From assembly GCA_965223335.1 (NCBI GenBank), contig OZ244991.1:1920001-1984000 (forward strand): a DNA stretch of 64,000 bases. Direction: 5' to 3'. Below, one piece after another: positions 52,991-62,149 of the stretch (positions are counted from its first letter, which is position 1; each line of letters starts with the position of its first letter). Position numbers and translations under genes: made by a program. The DNA is from Thermodesulfobacteriota bacterium (lineage in GTDB: Bacteria > Desulfobacterota_D > UBA1144 > Nemesobacterales > UBA2774). The notes below the pieces were generated by a model. It did not search any database, was not told the origin of the DNA, and saw only the letters and a program-made list of their open reading frames with translations.

Positions 52991-53023
52991 AAAAGGCGGC
53001 GGCTATGACGGCCGCCTTTTTTT
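52991..53023 (+). terminator. Rho-independent terminator after dnaK (possibly bidirectional)
   Basis: AAAAGGCGGC-10nt-GCCGCCTTTT stem, with the T-tract continuing. Confidence 0.85.
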
Positions 53024-53142
53024 ATTTAAAAAACTACTATTTTTATTTTTGTATGCGCACAAACTAATTACTTTAAATTTATGAGAATCTACAGTATAAT
53101 AGATAGCCTCAAGATAGAGCTAAGTTATTTGGAGGGCCAATA

Positions 53143-53355
53143 ATGAAGGCGGATATTCATCCTGAATACAAGGAAGTTACCATCAGTTGTTCGTGCGGTG
53201 CCGAATACCATACAAAATCGACAAGAACCGAAAATTTTACCGTAGAAGTGTGTTCAAATTGCCACCCATTCTATACCGGAAGGGAAAGAGCGACAGAAGC
53301 AAAAGGTAGAGTTGAGAGGTTTAAACGGAAATACGAACGGAAACAGGCATCGTGA
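53143..53355 (+). CDS. rpmE: 50S ribosomal protein L31 (Zn-binding form)
   Basis: [23 protein letters not shown] and GRVERF. Confidence 0.97.
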   Translation: MKADIHPEYKEVTISCSCGAEYHTKSTRTENFTVEVCSNCHPFYTGRERATEAKGRVERFKRKYERKQAS

Positions 53356-53452
53356 GTACTATGAACTGATAATATTTCCGGTTACTGGATTTTCACGTTT
53401 AATTCCCCAACCACTAAAGCGTTAAAATATTATTTTGTCGGAGGCTAGGCTG

Positions 53453-55537
53453 ATGAAAGAATACAGTGGGGATACGGTAAGGAACCTGGCATTGATAGGG
53501 CCTCACGGGGCCGGTAAAACATCGTTTGCAGAAGCAATGCTCTATGTGAGCGGGGCAAGCGATAAGCTTGGAAAGGTGGATGACGGCTCTTCTTCGCTGG
53601 ACTATGAAGAAGAGGAAAAAAAACGCAACATGTCCGTTAACTCACACATCGCTTTCTGTGAGTGGGACGGAAACCTTATAAACTTAGTAGACACCCCCGG
53701 TTTTTCTAATTTCTTATTCGATACTCAGAGCTCGTTAAATGTAGTGGATGGCTGTGTTTTGGTTGTCGGTGCCATATCGGGTGAAGGAGCTGTGCAGGGC
53801 AAGCGGTACTGGGATATGGCTGAGGGGTTTAAGCTCCCCAGGATGATTTTAGTAAACAAATTGGACAGGGAACGTACGAGCTTTGACGATACTGTTCGAG
53901 CCACAGAAAAAGAACTGGGAATTAAGGTGCTCCCCATAACTATCCCAATAGGGGCAGAGGCGGATTTTAAAGGGGTTATAGACCTTATTGAGATGAAGGC
54001 TTATACGAATGACCCAAGCGGTAAGCCGCAGGCGGGAGAGATACCCGATGACCTTAAGGACGCGGCAGCCTCAGCTAGGGAGAGGATCATAGAATCGGTG
54101 GCTGAGCTTGATGACGACCTGCTTGAGAAATACTTAAACGGTGAGACGCTTGATACCGATCTTGTGTATAAAATGCTCCACGAAGGGGCAAGAAATTCGA
54201 GCCTATTCCCATTATTTGCAGGCTCATCAGCCTCGCTTGTTGGAGTGGGTAAGTTTATGGATTCAATATCCCGTTTTACACCGTCTCCCAAAGAGATTGG
54301 GCCTATAGAGGCAAAGAGTAAAGACGGGGAGCCCTCAGAGATTGTGCCGAGTGAAAACGGTGTGTCGCAGGCGTTTGTTTTTAAGACCATATCAGACCCC
54401 TACGCGGGCAAGATAAACATTTTCCGAGTCTATTCGGGCAGTATCAACGGGGACACGACCGTGTACAATGCCACCAAGGAGTCAAAAGAGAAGCTCGGTC
54501 ACCTCTACAAGATCATCGGCAAGAAAGAGCACCCGCTCGATAGGGCATTGATGGGTGACATCGTAGCCGTCAACAAATTAAAAGAGACCGATACGGGCGA
54601 TACACTGGGAGGGGATTCAAGTGCCCTTGTTATAGAGCCCCTTGAGGTGCCACAGGCGGTGCTCTCGTACGCTATAGAACCAAAGAGCCGCAATGACGAA
54701 GACAAGCTAATGCCCTCGCTAAATAGGATTCAGGAAGAGGACCCGGCTATTCAGTACAGGATTGATGAGGAGACGAGGGAGTTTCTGTTATCGGGCACAG
54801 GGCAGACACATGTGGAGGTAGTAGTTAATAAACTCCGCGACACCTATGGGGTTAACGTGGAGCTTAAGACCCCGCGTGTGCCATATAGAGAAACAATAAG
54901 GGGGAAAGCAAAGGCTGAGGGCAAATACATCAAACAGACTGGTGGGCGTGGACAGTATGGGGACGCCTGGGTCGAGATTGAACCTATGCCCCGTGGGGGA
55001 GGTTACGAGTTTGTAAATAACATCGTCGGTGGTGCCATACCCAAGAACTTCATACCATCGGTAGAAAAAGGCGTGCTCGAGGCTATGAAAAAAGGTGTAA
55101 GCGCCGGCTACCCTGTGGTGGATGTTAAGGTCACGCTCTTTGACGGCAAGTATCACTCTGTGGATTCTTCTGATATTGCTTTCCAGATAGCTGGTTCCAT
55201 GGGGTTTAAGCAGGCAATGGAACAGGCCAAACCAATGCTGCTTGAGCCTATAATGAGGATGGAAATTACCATACCCGAGGAGTCCATGGGGGATGTGATT
55301 GGGGATGTGAACTCGAGGCGCGGTAAGGTGTCGGGTGTGGATTCCCAGCCCGGGTCGCATCAGATAAACGCGCTCGTTCCAATGTCTGAGGTGTTGTCGT
55401 ATGCCCCGGAATTGAGATCCATCACAAGCGGGCGAGGAAATTTCTCGATGGAGTTTTCGCACTACGAAGAGGTCCCGGATCATCTGTCGGGCAAAATCAT
55501 AGCGGAAGCGAATAAAGGCAAAGAGTCTGAGGAGTAA
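53453..55537 (+). CDS. fusA: Elongation factor G paralogue (EF-G II / FusA2)
   Basis: GPHGAGKTS, EEKKRNMSV, DTPGFSNF, NKLD, KQTGGRGQYG, DGKYHSVDSS and LLEPIM. The G-motifs diverge from canonical EF-G. Start at ATG 53453 after GGAGG. Confidence 0.88.
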   Translation: MKEYSGDTVRNLALIGPHGAGKTSFAEAMLYVSGASDKLGKVDDGSSSLDYEEEEKKRNMSVNSHIAFCEWDGNLINLVDTPGFSNFLFDTQSSLNVVDGCVLVVGAISGEGAVQGKRYWDMAEGFKLPRMILVNKLDRERTSFDDTVRATEKELGIKVLPITIPIGAEADFKGVIDLIEMKAYTNDPSGKPQAGEIPDDLKDAAASARERIIESVAELDDDLLEKYLNGETLDTDLVYKMLHEGARNSSLFPLFAGSSASLVGVGKFMDSISRFTPSPKEIGPIEAKSKDGEPSEIVPSENGVSQAFVFKTISDPYAGKINIFRVYSGSINGDTTVYNATKESKEKLGHLYKIIGKKEHPLDRALMGDIVAVNKLKETDTGDTLGGDSSALVIEPLEVPQAVLSYAIEPKSRNDEDKLMPSLNRIQEEDPAIQYRIDEETREFLLSGTGQTHVEVVVNKLRDTYGVNVELKTPRVPYRETIRGKAKAEGKYIKQTGGRGQYGDAWVEIEPMPRGGGYEFVNNIVGGAIPKNFIPSVEKGVLEAMKKGVSAGYPVVDVKVTLFDGKYHSVDSSDIAFQIAGSMGFKQAMEQAKPMLLEPIMRMEITIPEESMGDVIGDVNSRRGKVSGVDSQPGSHQINALVPMSEVLSYAPELRSITSGRGNFSMEFSHYEEVPDHLSGKIIAEANKGKESEE

Positions 55538-55610
55538 TCCTCGTGAGAGATTATTGAGTAAAGTGCTATCCAGCAATAATTCTGTCTATCTCTAATCCAT
55601 AGAGCAAAGC

Positions 55611-56546
55611 GTGAGAATAGCGTCCATCGATCTTGGTACCAATACATTCCGATTACTGATCGGTGATTTCATAGATGGCGAGTTGCGTACACTCAAGCTG
55701 GATAGGGTCGTGACCAGATTGGGTCAGGGGCTTACATCTAATACCAATATAATCGTTCAAGATGCCTTAGACAGAGCTTTGGAAGCCCTTGGGGTCTTTA
55801 GAAAGGCTATGGATACTTATGGTGTGACTAAATATCGTGTTATAGGCACAAATGCGTTTCGGAAGGCTCAAAACAGTGAGCATTTGGTGGACCTTATCCG
55901 TAGAGAGACAGGTTTAGAGGTCGAGGTGATATCGGGTGAACAGGAAGCTCAGTTGATGGCAAGTGGTGTGCTCTATTCATTGGGTATAACAGAGGGGGAT
56001 TGCCTTATAGTAGACATTGGCGGGGGTAGTACAGAGGTTGTTTTGGTCCGAGAGGGGGTCATTACTCATACAAGCAGTATTTCGCTAGGTGTAGTGGATC
56101 TGGCGGATAGGTTTCCAGAAGACCCGAGAGATATTGATCGAACGGAAACACTATTAAGAGATTATGTGCACAAGCACATCTCCGATGTTATTTATACAGC
56201 GCCGTATTATCGGGCTCAGGGATATAGGTTAGTTGCCACAGCGGGCACACCTACAACACTGGCTGCTATTAAACTCAAAATGGCCGAGTATGATCCCGAG
56301 TCTGTAAATGGACAGGTTTTGACTAAACAATTCATGGTTGATATTCAAAACTGTATCAAGAGTATACCCAAAGCGAATAGGTCGGATATAACAGGGTTGG
56401 AAAGGGGTCGTGAGGACCTGATGATCCCTGGCATAATCATATTGTTGACGCTTTTGGAGCAAGCGGATAAAGATGAAATTATAGTAAGTGACGGAGGGTT
56501 ATTAGAGGGTATAGCTGTATCATTATCATTGGATAATGGCGACTGA
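55611..56546 (+). CDS. ppx: Ppx/GppA exopolyphosphatase (short form)
   Basis: IDLGTNTFRL, ISGEQEA, DIGGGSTE and GLLEG. Confidence 0.9.
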   Translation: MRIASIDLGTNTFRLLIGDFIDGELRTLKLDRVVTRLGQGLTSNTNIIVQDALDRALEALGVFRKAMDTYGVTKYRVIGTNAFRKAQNSEHLVDLIRRETGLEVEVISGEQEAQLMASGVLYSLGITEGDCLIVDIGGGSTEVVLVREGVITHTSSISLGVVDLADRFPEDPRDIDRTETLLRDYVHKHISDVIYTAPYYRAQGYRLVATAGTPTTLAAIKLKMAEYDPESVNGQVLTKQFMVDIQNCIKSIPKANRSDITGLERGREDLMIPGIIILLTLLEQADKDEIIVSDGGLLEGIAVSLSLDNGD

Positions 56547-56574
56547 ATTCAAATATATACAATGGTCTAAGTTA

Positions 56575-56603
56575 TTGACTTTCCCCACTGACATCATTAT
56601 ATT
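56575..56603 (+). promoter_or_regulatory. Putative sigma70 promoter for grpE-dnaK2-dnaJ
   Basis: TTGACT-17nt-TATATT. Confidence 0.55.
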
Positions 56604-56740
56604 TTCAGGTAGATTTCAATCCGCTATATGATGTTCATCTGAACCAGGCAGTGTTATGGTAAATAATTGTTATTTTGCCTGTTAAAAAGAGATTAGCAGT
56701 ATGAAATATAAAGCATATCTAGAGACCATAGGGGGTCTAC

Positions 56741-57457
56741 ATGAGTTCGAATGACAACGATGGGAAGAATGGTACTGAGATAGAGATAAACGATAGCAGT
56801 AAGGATAACGAATCCAAAGTGGATGGAGAGCACTCCATAGAACCTAAAGAAGTACCTGAAGAAGATAATGTAACTCCCATTAATAGTGATATAAATGACC
56901 CAGATGATCTCAACGAAAGGTATGTTCGGTTGGCTGCGGATTTTGAAAATTATAAAAAGAGGCTTGCAAAGGAAAAGGCCGATATTATTGCTTATGGAAA
57001 CGAGGAGTTGATAAAGGTGTTGCTCAACGTCCTAGACAATCTGGAAAGGGCATTGGAGCATACAGATGAAGAAATCGAGAAGAATCCACTTGTAGAAGGT
57101 ATGAAATTGGTTCATAAGCAGTTTATCAGCTGTTTGGAGAAGTTTGGTGTGTATGCAATTGATGCAAATAAGGGTACGGAGTTTGACCCTAGATTGCACC
57201 AGGCTATTGAGCGTGTGGAGTCACCAGAGATCTCGCACGGGTTAATACTGTCTGAGATGCTCCGAGGCTTTACGCTAAAGGACAGGCTGCTGCGCCCCTC
57301 ACTTGTTGTAGTATCGAAGGGCACACCGGGCCAAAGTGACGATATAGTATCGCCCGAGAGCAAGAACGAGGGATCGGAAAACGATAACGTGCTTAACCTA
57401 AACACTGAAAAGAAGTCAGACAATATGTTTAGCGTTCCGAAGGATGAAACAGAATAA
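56741..57457 (+). CDS. grpE: Nucleotide exchange factor GrpE
   Basis: RLAADFENYKKR, LDNLERAL, FDPRLHQA and RLLRPSLVVV. Confidence 0.95.
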   Translation: MSSNDNDGKNGTEIEINDSSKDNESKVDGEHSIEPKEVPEEDNVTPINSDINDPDDLNERYVRLAADFENYKKRLAKEKADIIAYGNEELIKVLLNVLDNLERALEHTDEEIEKNPLVEGMKLVHKQFISCLEKFGVYAIDANKGTEFDPRLHQAIERVESPEISHGLILSEMLRGFTLKDRLLRPSLVVVSKGTPGQSDDIVSPESKNEGSENDNVLNLNTEKKSDNMFSVPKDETE

Positions 57458-57474
57458 ATAACAAGGGATAAAAA

Positions 57475-59382
57475 ATGGCTATAGTTGGTATAGATCTAGG
57501 TACGACAAACTCTTGTGTTGCAGTGATTGAAGGAGGGGTTCCAGTTGTTATTCCCAATGAAGAGGGCAGCAGGATTACACCCTCTGTCGTTGCGTTTACA
57601 GAGGACGGGACCAAATTTGCAGGGGCAGTTGCAAAGAGACAGGCTGTCGTTAACCCCTCTACTACAATATATGGTGTAAAAAGACTGATCGGTAGGAACT
57701 ATGAGTCGCCCGAGGTTCAAAGGGCTACAACACTTGTGCCCTATGAAATAGTAGCAAATAACAGCGGGGATGCATGGGTAAAAGCCAATGAAAAACTGTT
57801 CAGTCCCCAAGAGATAGCCGCGATAGTGCTGGCAAAACTAAAGCAGGTTGCGGAGGAGTACCTGGGCTATGGGGTGAATGAGGCTGTTATCACCGTGCCG
57901 GCGCACTTTAACGACCTGCAGCGTCAAGCCACAAAAGATGCCGGGAGAATAGCCGGGTTTGATGTGCGGAGGATAATAAACGAACCCACGGCAGCAGCGT
58001 TGGCATATGGTATGGACAAAAAGGAAAACCAGCGCATAGCTGTGTTTGACCTAGGTGGCGGGACTTTTGATATTACGATTCTAGAGATTGCAAATGGAGT
58101 GTTTGAGGTCAAATCAACGAGTGGAGACACATTTTTAGGTGGTGATGATTTTGACCATAAATTAGTGGAGCTTGTAATAAATAAGTTCAAAGATACATAC
58201 GAAATAGATCTAAAAGAAGACAAGATGGCTCTCCAGCGTATCAGAGAGGCCGCCGAGAAGGCCAAGCATGAACTCTCTTCGTTGGGGGAGACTATAATCA
58301 ACCTCCCGTTCATCGCAGTAGACTCGTCGGGCCCTAAACACCTCAATTACAAGATTACCAGAGAGGAGTTTGAAGAACTTGTATCGGATCTAGTCGATAG
58401 GGTTGCAATACCGTGTAACCAGGCACTCGAGGATGCGAAACTAAAGCCCTCTGAGATTGATGAGGTAGTGCTTGTGGGTGGTATGACAAGGATGCCTAGG
58501 ATTCATCAGAAGGTAAAGGACATATTCCACAAGGAACCGCAGACTCGGATAAACCCTGAAGAGGTAGTTGCTATAGGCGCTGCGATACAAGGCGGGGTTT
58601 TAGAGGGTAAGGTTGAGGAGGTATTGCTTTTGGATGTGGTGCCACTCTCGTTGGGTGTGGAGACCAAGGGTGGGTTGTTCACAATGATAATCGAGCGTAA
58701 TACCACTATTCCCACAAAGAGGAGCAGGATTTTTACAACTGCGATGGACAACCAGGATTTTGTGGGCATTCATGTGCTGCAGGGTGAAAGGGAGATGGTG
58801 GACGATAATATCTCTCTTGCAAATTTTACTTTGATCGGTATACCTCCTGCACCCCGAGGGATGCCTCAGATCGAGGTCTCGTTTGAAGTGGATGCTGACG
58901 GTATTCTCCACGTTTCGGCAAAGGACCTAGGTACAGGTAAAAAACAGGCAATCCAGGTAGAGACCTCGGGCGGGCTTAGCGAAGAACAGATCAACCAAAT
59001 CATCAACGAAAGCAAAAGCAGCCTTGAAAAGGACCAGATGCGCAAGGACCTTGCATTGCTTAAAAACGAGGCCGAGGGACTCTTGTACTCTGTTCATAGA
59101 ACACTTAAATCGTATGGTGATAAGCTTGACGAGGAGATGAGGGAAACAATCGATAACTCAATCGAACGGATGAACGAGGCCATTGAGAGCGATGATTTTC
59201 GGTATATCAGAAACGTGTTGGATGAGCTCAAGCAGAACTCCTATCGGTTTGCAGAGGTCATATATGCCAACAAACAGGTTGAGGATGACCAACAGCCTGA
59301 CCAGGAATCGGAACCGGGACCACAGCCGGTGCCAGAGCAGGAACCGGAGCCTGAGCCGGAAGATACAGAGACTGAGCAGTAA
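57475..59382 (+). CDS. dnaK: Second DnaK/Hsp70 paralogue
   Basis: [38 protein letters not shown] and a Glu/Pro/Gln-rich tail. Confidence 0.93.
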   Translation: MAIVGIDLGTTNSCVAVIEGGVPVVIPNEEGSRITPSVVAFTEDGTKFAGAVAKRQAVVNPSTTIYGVKRLIGRNYESPEVQRATTLVPYEIVANNSGDAWVKANEKLFSPQEIAAIVLAKLKQVAEEYLGYGVNEAVITVPAHFNDLQRQATKDAGRIAGFDVRRIINEPTAAALAYGMDKKENQRIAVFDLGGGTFDITILEIANGVFEVKSTSGDTFLGGDDFDHKLVELVINKFKDTYEIDLKEDKMALQRIREAAEKAKHELSSLGETIINLPFIAVDSSGPKHLNYKITREEFEELVSDLVDRVAIPCNQALEDAKLKPSEIDEVVLVGGMTRMPRIHQKVKDIFHKEPQTRINPEEVVAIGAAIQGGVLEGKVEEVLLLDVVPLSLGVETKGGLFTMIIERNTTIPTKRSRIFTTAMDNQDFVGIHVLQGEREMVDDNISLANFTLIGIPPAPRGMPQIEVSFEVDADGILHVSAKDLGTGKKQAIQVETSGGLSEEQINQIINESKSSLEKDQMRKDLALLKNEAEGLLYSVHRTLKSYGDKLDEEMRETIDNSIERMNEAIESDDFRYIRNVLDELKQNSYRFAEVIYANKQVEDDQQPDQESEPGPQPVPEQEPEPEPEDTETEQ

Positions 59383-59397
59383 GCGGGGAAGTAAGCT

Positions 59398-60498
59398 GTG
59401 AAAACCACTGTTGATTATTATGAGGTGCTCGGAATAACAAGGAGTGCTTCAAATGATGAGGTAAAAAAAAGCTATAAGAAATTAGCATTTGAATACCATC
59501 CCGATCGAAACCCCGGCAACTTAAAAGCGGAAGAAAGGTTTAAAGAGATTAACGAGGCCTATCAGGTGCTAGGTCATCCCGAAAAAAGGGCCAGATACGA
59601 TAGCTTGGGTCATATTACTGACGATATGCTGTTTTCAGAGTCCGGCTTCAGTGCAAACTTCAACGATATATTCAGCAACCTGTTCGATGAGGTTTTCCAT
59701 AGTGCAACATCGAGTAGGAGTGCTAAAGGGAACGACCTAAAATACTCAGTGGAGCTTGAGTTTGAAGAGGCGGTGTTTGGCACTGAGAAGGTAGTAACGG
59801 TGCCGAAACACACTGAGTGTGAGTTGTGTAGGGGTACAGGAGCTGCACCTGGGGGAGAGATTGAGTGTAACGATTGCGAGGGTGTAGGGCAGGTGCAGTA
59901 CTCACAGGGGCTCTTTGCCTTTAGGCGGACCTGTTCCAGCTGCGGGGGGATGGGCAAACTGATACTTGAGCGCTGTGCTAAGTGTAACGGCGAGCGGTAT
60001 ATCGAAAGCTACAGCGATGTGAGCGTGAACATACCACCTGGGGTATCTGGGGGCACGAGGCTAAGAATCAGGGGTGAGGGTGACTTCGGGGTGCGTGGCG
60101 GGCCTCCGGGGGATCTGTATATTGAAATATCTGTACAAGAGCACCCGTTTTTTAATCGTGAGGGAGAAGACCTGTATTTGGAGGTGCCTGTGACCTTTGT
60201 CCAGGCCTCGCTCGGGGATGAGATCGAGATACCTACAATGAAAGGAAAAAGTACGATGAAGGTGCCCGCGGGGACGCAAAACGGTGAAACCTTTAGACTA
60301 AAAGGTAAGGGTGTGCCTCGATTGAATGGGAGGGGGACCGGTGATCTGTTTGTAAATGTAAATGTTGTGGTGCCTGTTAAGCTTAACTCAAAACAGAAGG
60401 AAATTTTAAAACAGTTTGCCGACGCTACAGAGGAAAAGAATATCCCACTTGTAAATCGGTTTCTAGAAAAACTCCAAGATGTATTTGGAAAGAACTAA
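59398..60498 (+). CDS. dnaJ: Chaperone DnaJ
   Basis: J-domain HPD, four CxxCxG zinc-finger repeats and a C-terminal domain (GDLY, GKGVP). Confidence 0.95.
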   Translation: MKTTVDYYEVLGITRSASNDEVKKSYKKLAFEYHPDRNPGNLKAEERFKEINEAYQVLGHPEKRARYDSLGHITDDMLFSESGFSANFNDIFSNLFDEVFHSATSSRSAKGNDLKYSVELEFEEAVFGTEKVVTVPKHTECELCRGTGAAPGGEIECNDCEGVGQVQYSQGLFAFRRTCSSCGGMGKLILERCAKCNGERYIESYSDVSVNIPPGVSGGTRLRIRGEGDFGVRGGPPGDLYIEISVQEHPFFNREGEDLYLEVPVTFVQASLGDEIEIPTMKGKSTMKVPAGTQNGETFRLKGKGVPRLNGRGTGDLFVNVNVVVPVKLNSKQKEILKQFADATEEKNIPLVNRFLEKLQDVFGKN

Positions 60499-60535
60499 TG
60501 CATTTGTTTTCTGACCGCGAGTTAATATTCCAGTA

Positions 60536-60811
60536 TTAATTACCGCCGGCTATAGCCGGGATGATCGACACTATGTCTTCATCTTTAAGAGCAGTGTCTT
60601 TGCCGTCCAAGAATCTTATGTCTTCGTTATTGACGTAGATATTGATAAATCTTCTAACATTCCCGTCTTCATCGCATAGTCTTTCTTTTATCCCGGGGTA
60701 CTCACTTTCGAGCTTTTCAATCAGCTCTCCTACATCCGCAGCCTGCACGTTTACCTCGTCTTGATCGCCGGTGAGCTTTCTAAGCGGGGTTGGGATTCGA
60801 ATAGAGGACAT
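60536..60811 (-). CDS. MoaD/ThiS/CysO-like ubiquitin-fold sulfur carrier
   Basis: IPTPLR, RRFINIYVNNEDIR, IPAIAGG-N-stop. ATG at 60811 has an AAGGAGG SD (the ORF track starts at 60886). Confidence 0.9.
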   Translation of the reverse strand: MSSIRIPTPLRKLTGDQDEVNVQAADVGELIEKLESEYPGIKERLCDEDGNVRRFINIYVNNEDIRFLDGKDTALKDEDIVSIIPAIAGGN

Positions 60812-62072
60812 TGTTATTACCTCCTTGATGACCGTCTTTTGGTTTAATTTTATCGTATAGTTCTTGAAAATCCTCAAGCTTGGCATCGATGATATGCGGT
60901 TTTGACACCTGATCCACGATGGCCTCCTGGGTCTTAAGCCCGTTACCTGTGATACAAATTGCTATGGATTCGTTTCGGGGGATTTTACCCTGATCAATAA
61001 GTTTTTTAGTCACTGCCAGTGTTACTCCGCCGGCGGTCTCTGTGAATATGCCCTCGGTCTCAGCCAGGAGCTTGATTGCGTCTACGATCTCCTGATCGCT
61101 GGCGTCTTCTCCCGACCCCCCGCTCTCGCGCATCACGCACATTGCATAGAATCCGTCTGCTGGTGTGCCTATTGCAAGCGATTTCGCTATGGTGTCGGGC
61201 TTAACGGGCTTAAATATCTCCCAATCGTTTTTGATGGCCGTGGTAATAGGGGAGCATCCCGTGGCCTGGGCCCCGAAGATCTTGGTTTCAGATTCCTCAA
61301 TCAGCCCCGTGAGCTCAAACTCCTTTATAGCCTTCCAGACCTTTGTTAGCAGGGAGCCGCTAGCCATTGGCACTACGATATTATCCGGTGTGCGCCAACC
61401 CAACTGCTCAATTAACTCGAAGGCTAGGGATTTAGAGCCCTCGGCGTAGTAAGGTCTCATGTTGATATTTACAAATGCCCACCCGAATTTGCCTGCAATC
61501 TCGCTGCAGAGCCTGTTTACATCGTCATAACTGCCGTTTATGCCTATGAGGTTGGAACCGTAAACGGTCGTACCAACTATTTTTGCCTGCTCCAGGTTGT
61601 ATGGGATAAAGATATAACTTTTCATGTTGCCGGCCGAAGTGAGTGATGCAACTGCGTTGGCCAGGTTACCGGTCGAAGCGCATGCCGCAGTGTCAAACCC
61701 AAACTCCTTGGCCTTGGAAAGTGCTACGGATACTACTCTGTCTTTAAACGATAGTGTGGGAAAACACACGGCATCGTTTTTTATATACAACTCTTTTACT
61801 CCAAGGACTTTTTCTAGGTTGCTTGCCCTTACCACAGGGGTGTATCCGACTTTTAGACCCACTGTCGGGGTGTTGTCTATCGGCAAAAGCTCTGCATAGC
61901 GCCAGATGTTGCGTTTTCTATCTGCTATTTTTTGGCGTGAGAGTGCTTCTTTGATCTCGTCGTAGTTATAAACCGCCTCTAGGGGACCGAAGCATATTTC
62001 GCACACATGTAGCGGTTCTTTGGGGTATTCCTTGCCGCATTCTTTACATTTAAGTCCTTTCACAAAGCCCAT
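60780..62072 (-). CDS. thrC: Threonine synthase-like PLP enzyme with N-terminal Zn ribbon
   Basis: CKECG..CEICFGPL, PTLSFKDR (PLP Lys), ASTGN, ETEGIF and ITGNGLK. Confidence 0.88.
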   Translation of the reverse strand: MGFVKGLKCKECGKEYPKEPLHVCEICFGPLEAVYNYDEIKEALSRQKIADRKRNIWRYAELLPIDNTPTVGLKVGYTPVVRASNLEKVLGVKELYIKNDAVCFPTLSFKDRVVSVALSKAKEFGFDTAACASTGNLANAVASLTSAGNMKSYIFIPYNLEQAKIVGTTVYGSNLIGINGSYDDVNRLCSEIAGKFGWAFVNINMRPYYAEGSKSLAFELIEQLGWRTPDNIVVPMASGSLLTKVWKAIKEFELTGLIEESETKIFGAQATGCSPITTAIKNDWEIFKPVKPDTIAKSLAIGTPADGFYAMCVMRESGGSGEDASDQEIVDAIKLLAETEGIFTETAGGVTLAVTKKLIDQGKIPRNESIAICITGNGLKTQEAIVDQVSKPHIIDAKLEDFQELYDKIKPKDGHQGGNNNVLYSNPNPA

Positions 62073-62105
62073 ATAAACCTCGTATCTGCATTAAATAAAC
62101 GTCAT

Positions 62106-62134
62106 AAAGTACCTATAGATATTGAATATGTCAA
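62106..62134 (-). promoter_or_regulatory. Putative sigma70 promoter for thrC-moaD
   Basis: Minus strand reads TTGACA-17nt-TACTTT, ending 33 nt upstream of the ATG. Confidence 0.55.
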
Positions 62135-62149
62135 AGTTCTCCCAGCTGC

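Noticed and set aside
56690..56725. CIRCE element before grpE
   Set aside because: Only a partial left arm (TTAGCAGT) is present, with no GAGTGCTAA right arm at 9-nt spacing.
60790..60805. tRNA T-loop-like TTCGAATCCC on the minus strand
   Set aside because: It lies within the coding sequence of the sulfur carrier (IRIP) and the thrC tail, and no cloverleaf surrounds it.
62073..62149. SAM riboswitch or attenuator ahead of thrC-moaD
   Set aside because: The gap is only 77 nt and contains a promoter-like element, leaving a leader too short for a riboswitch.
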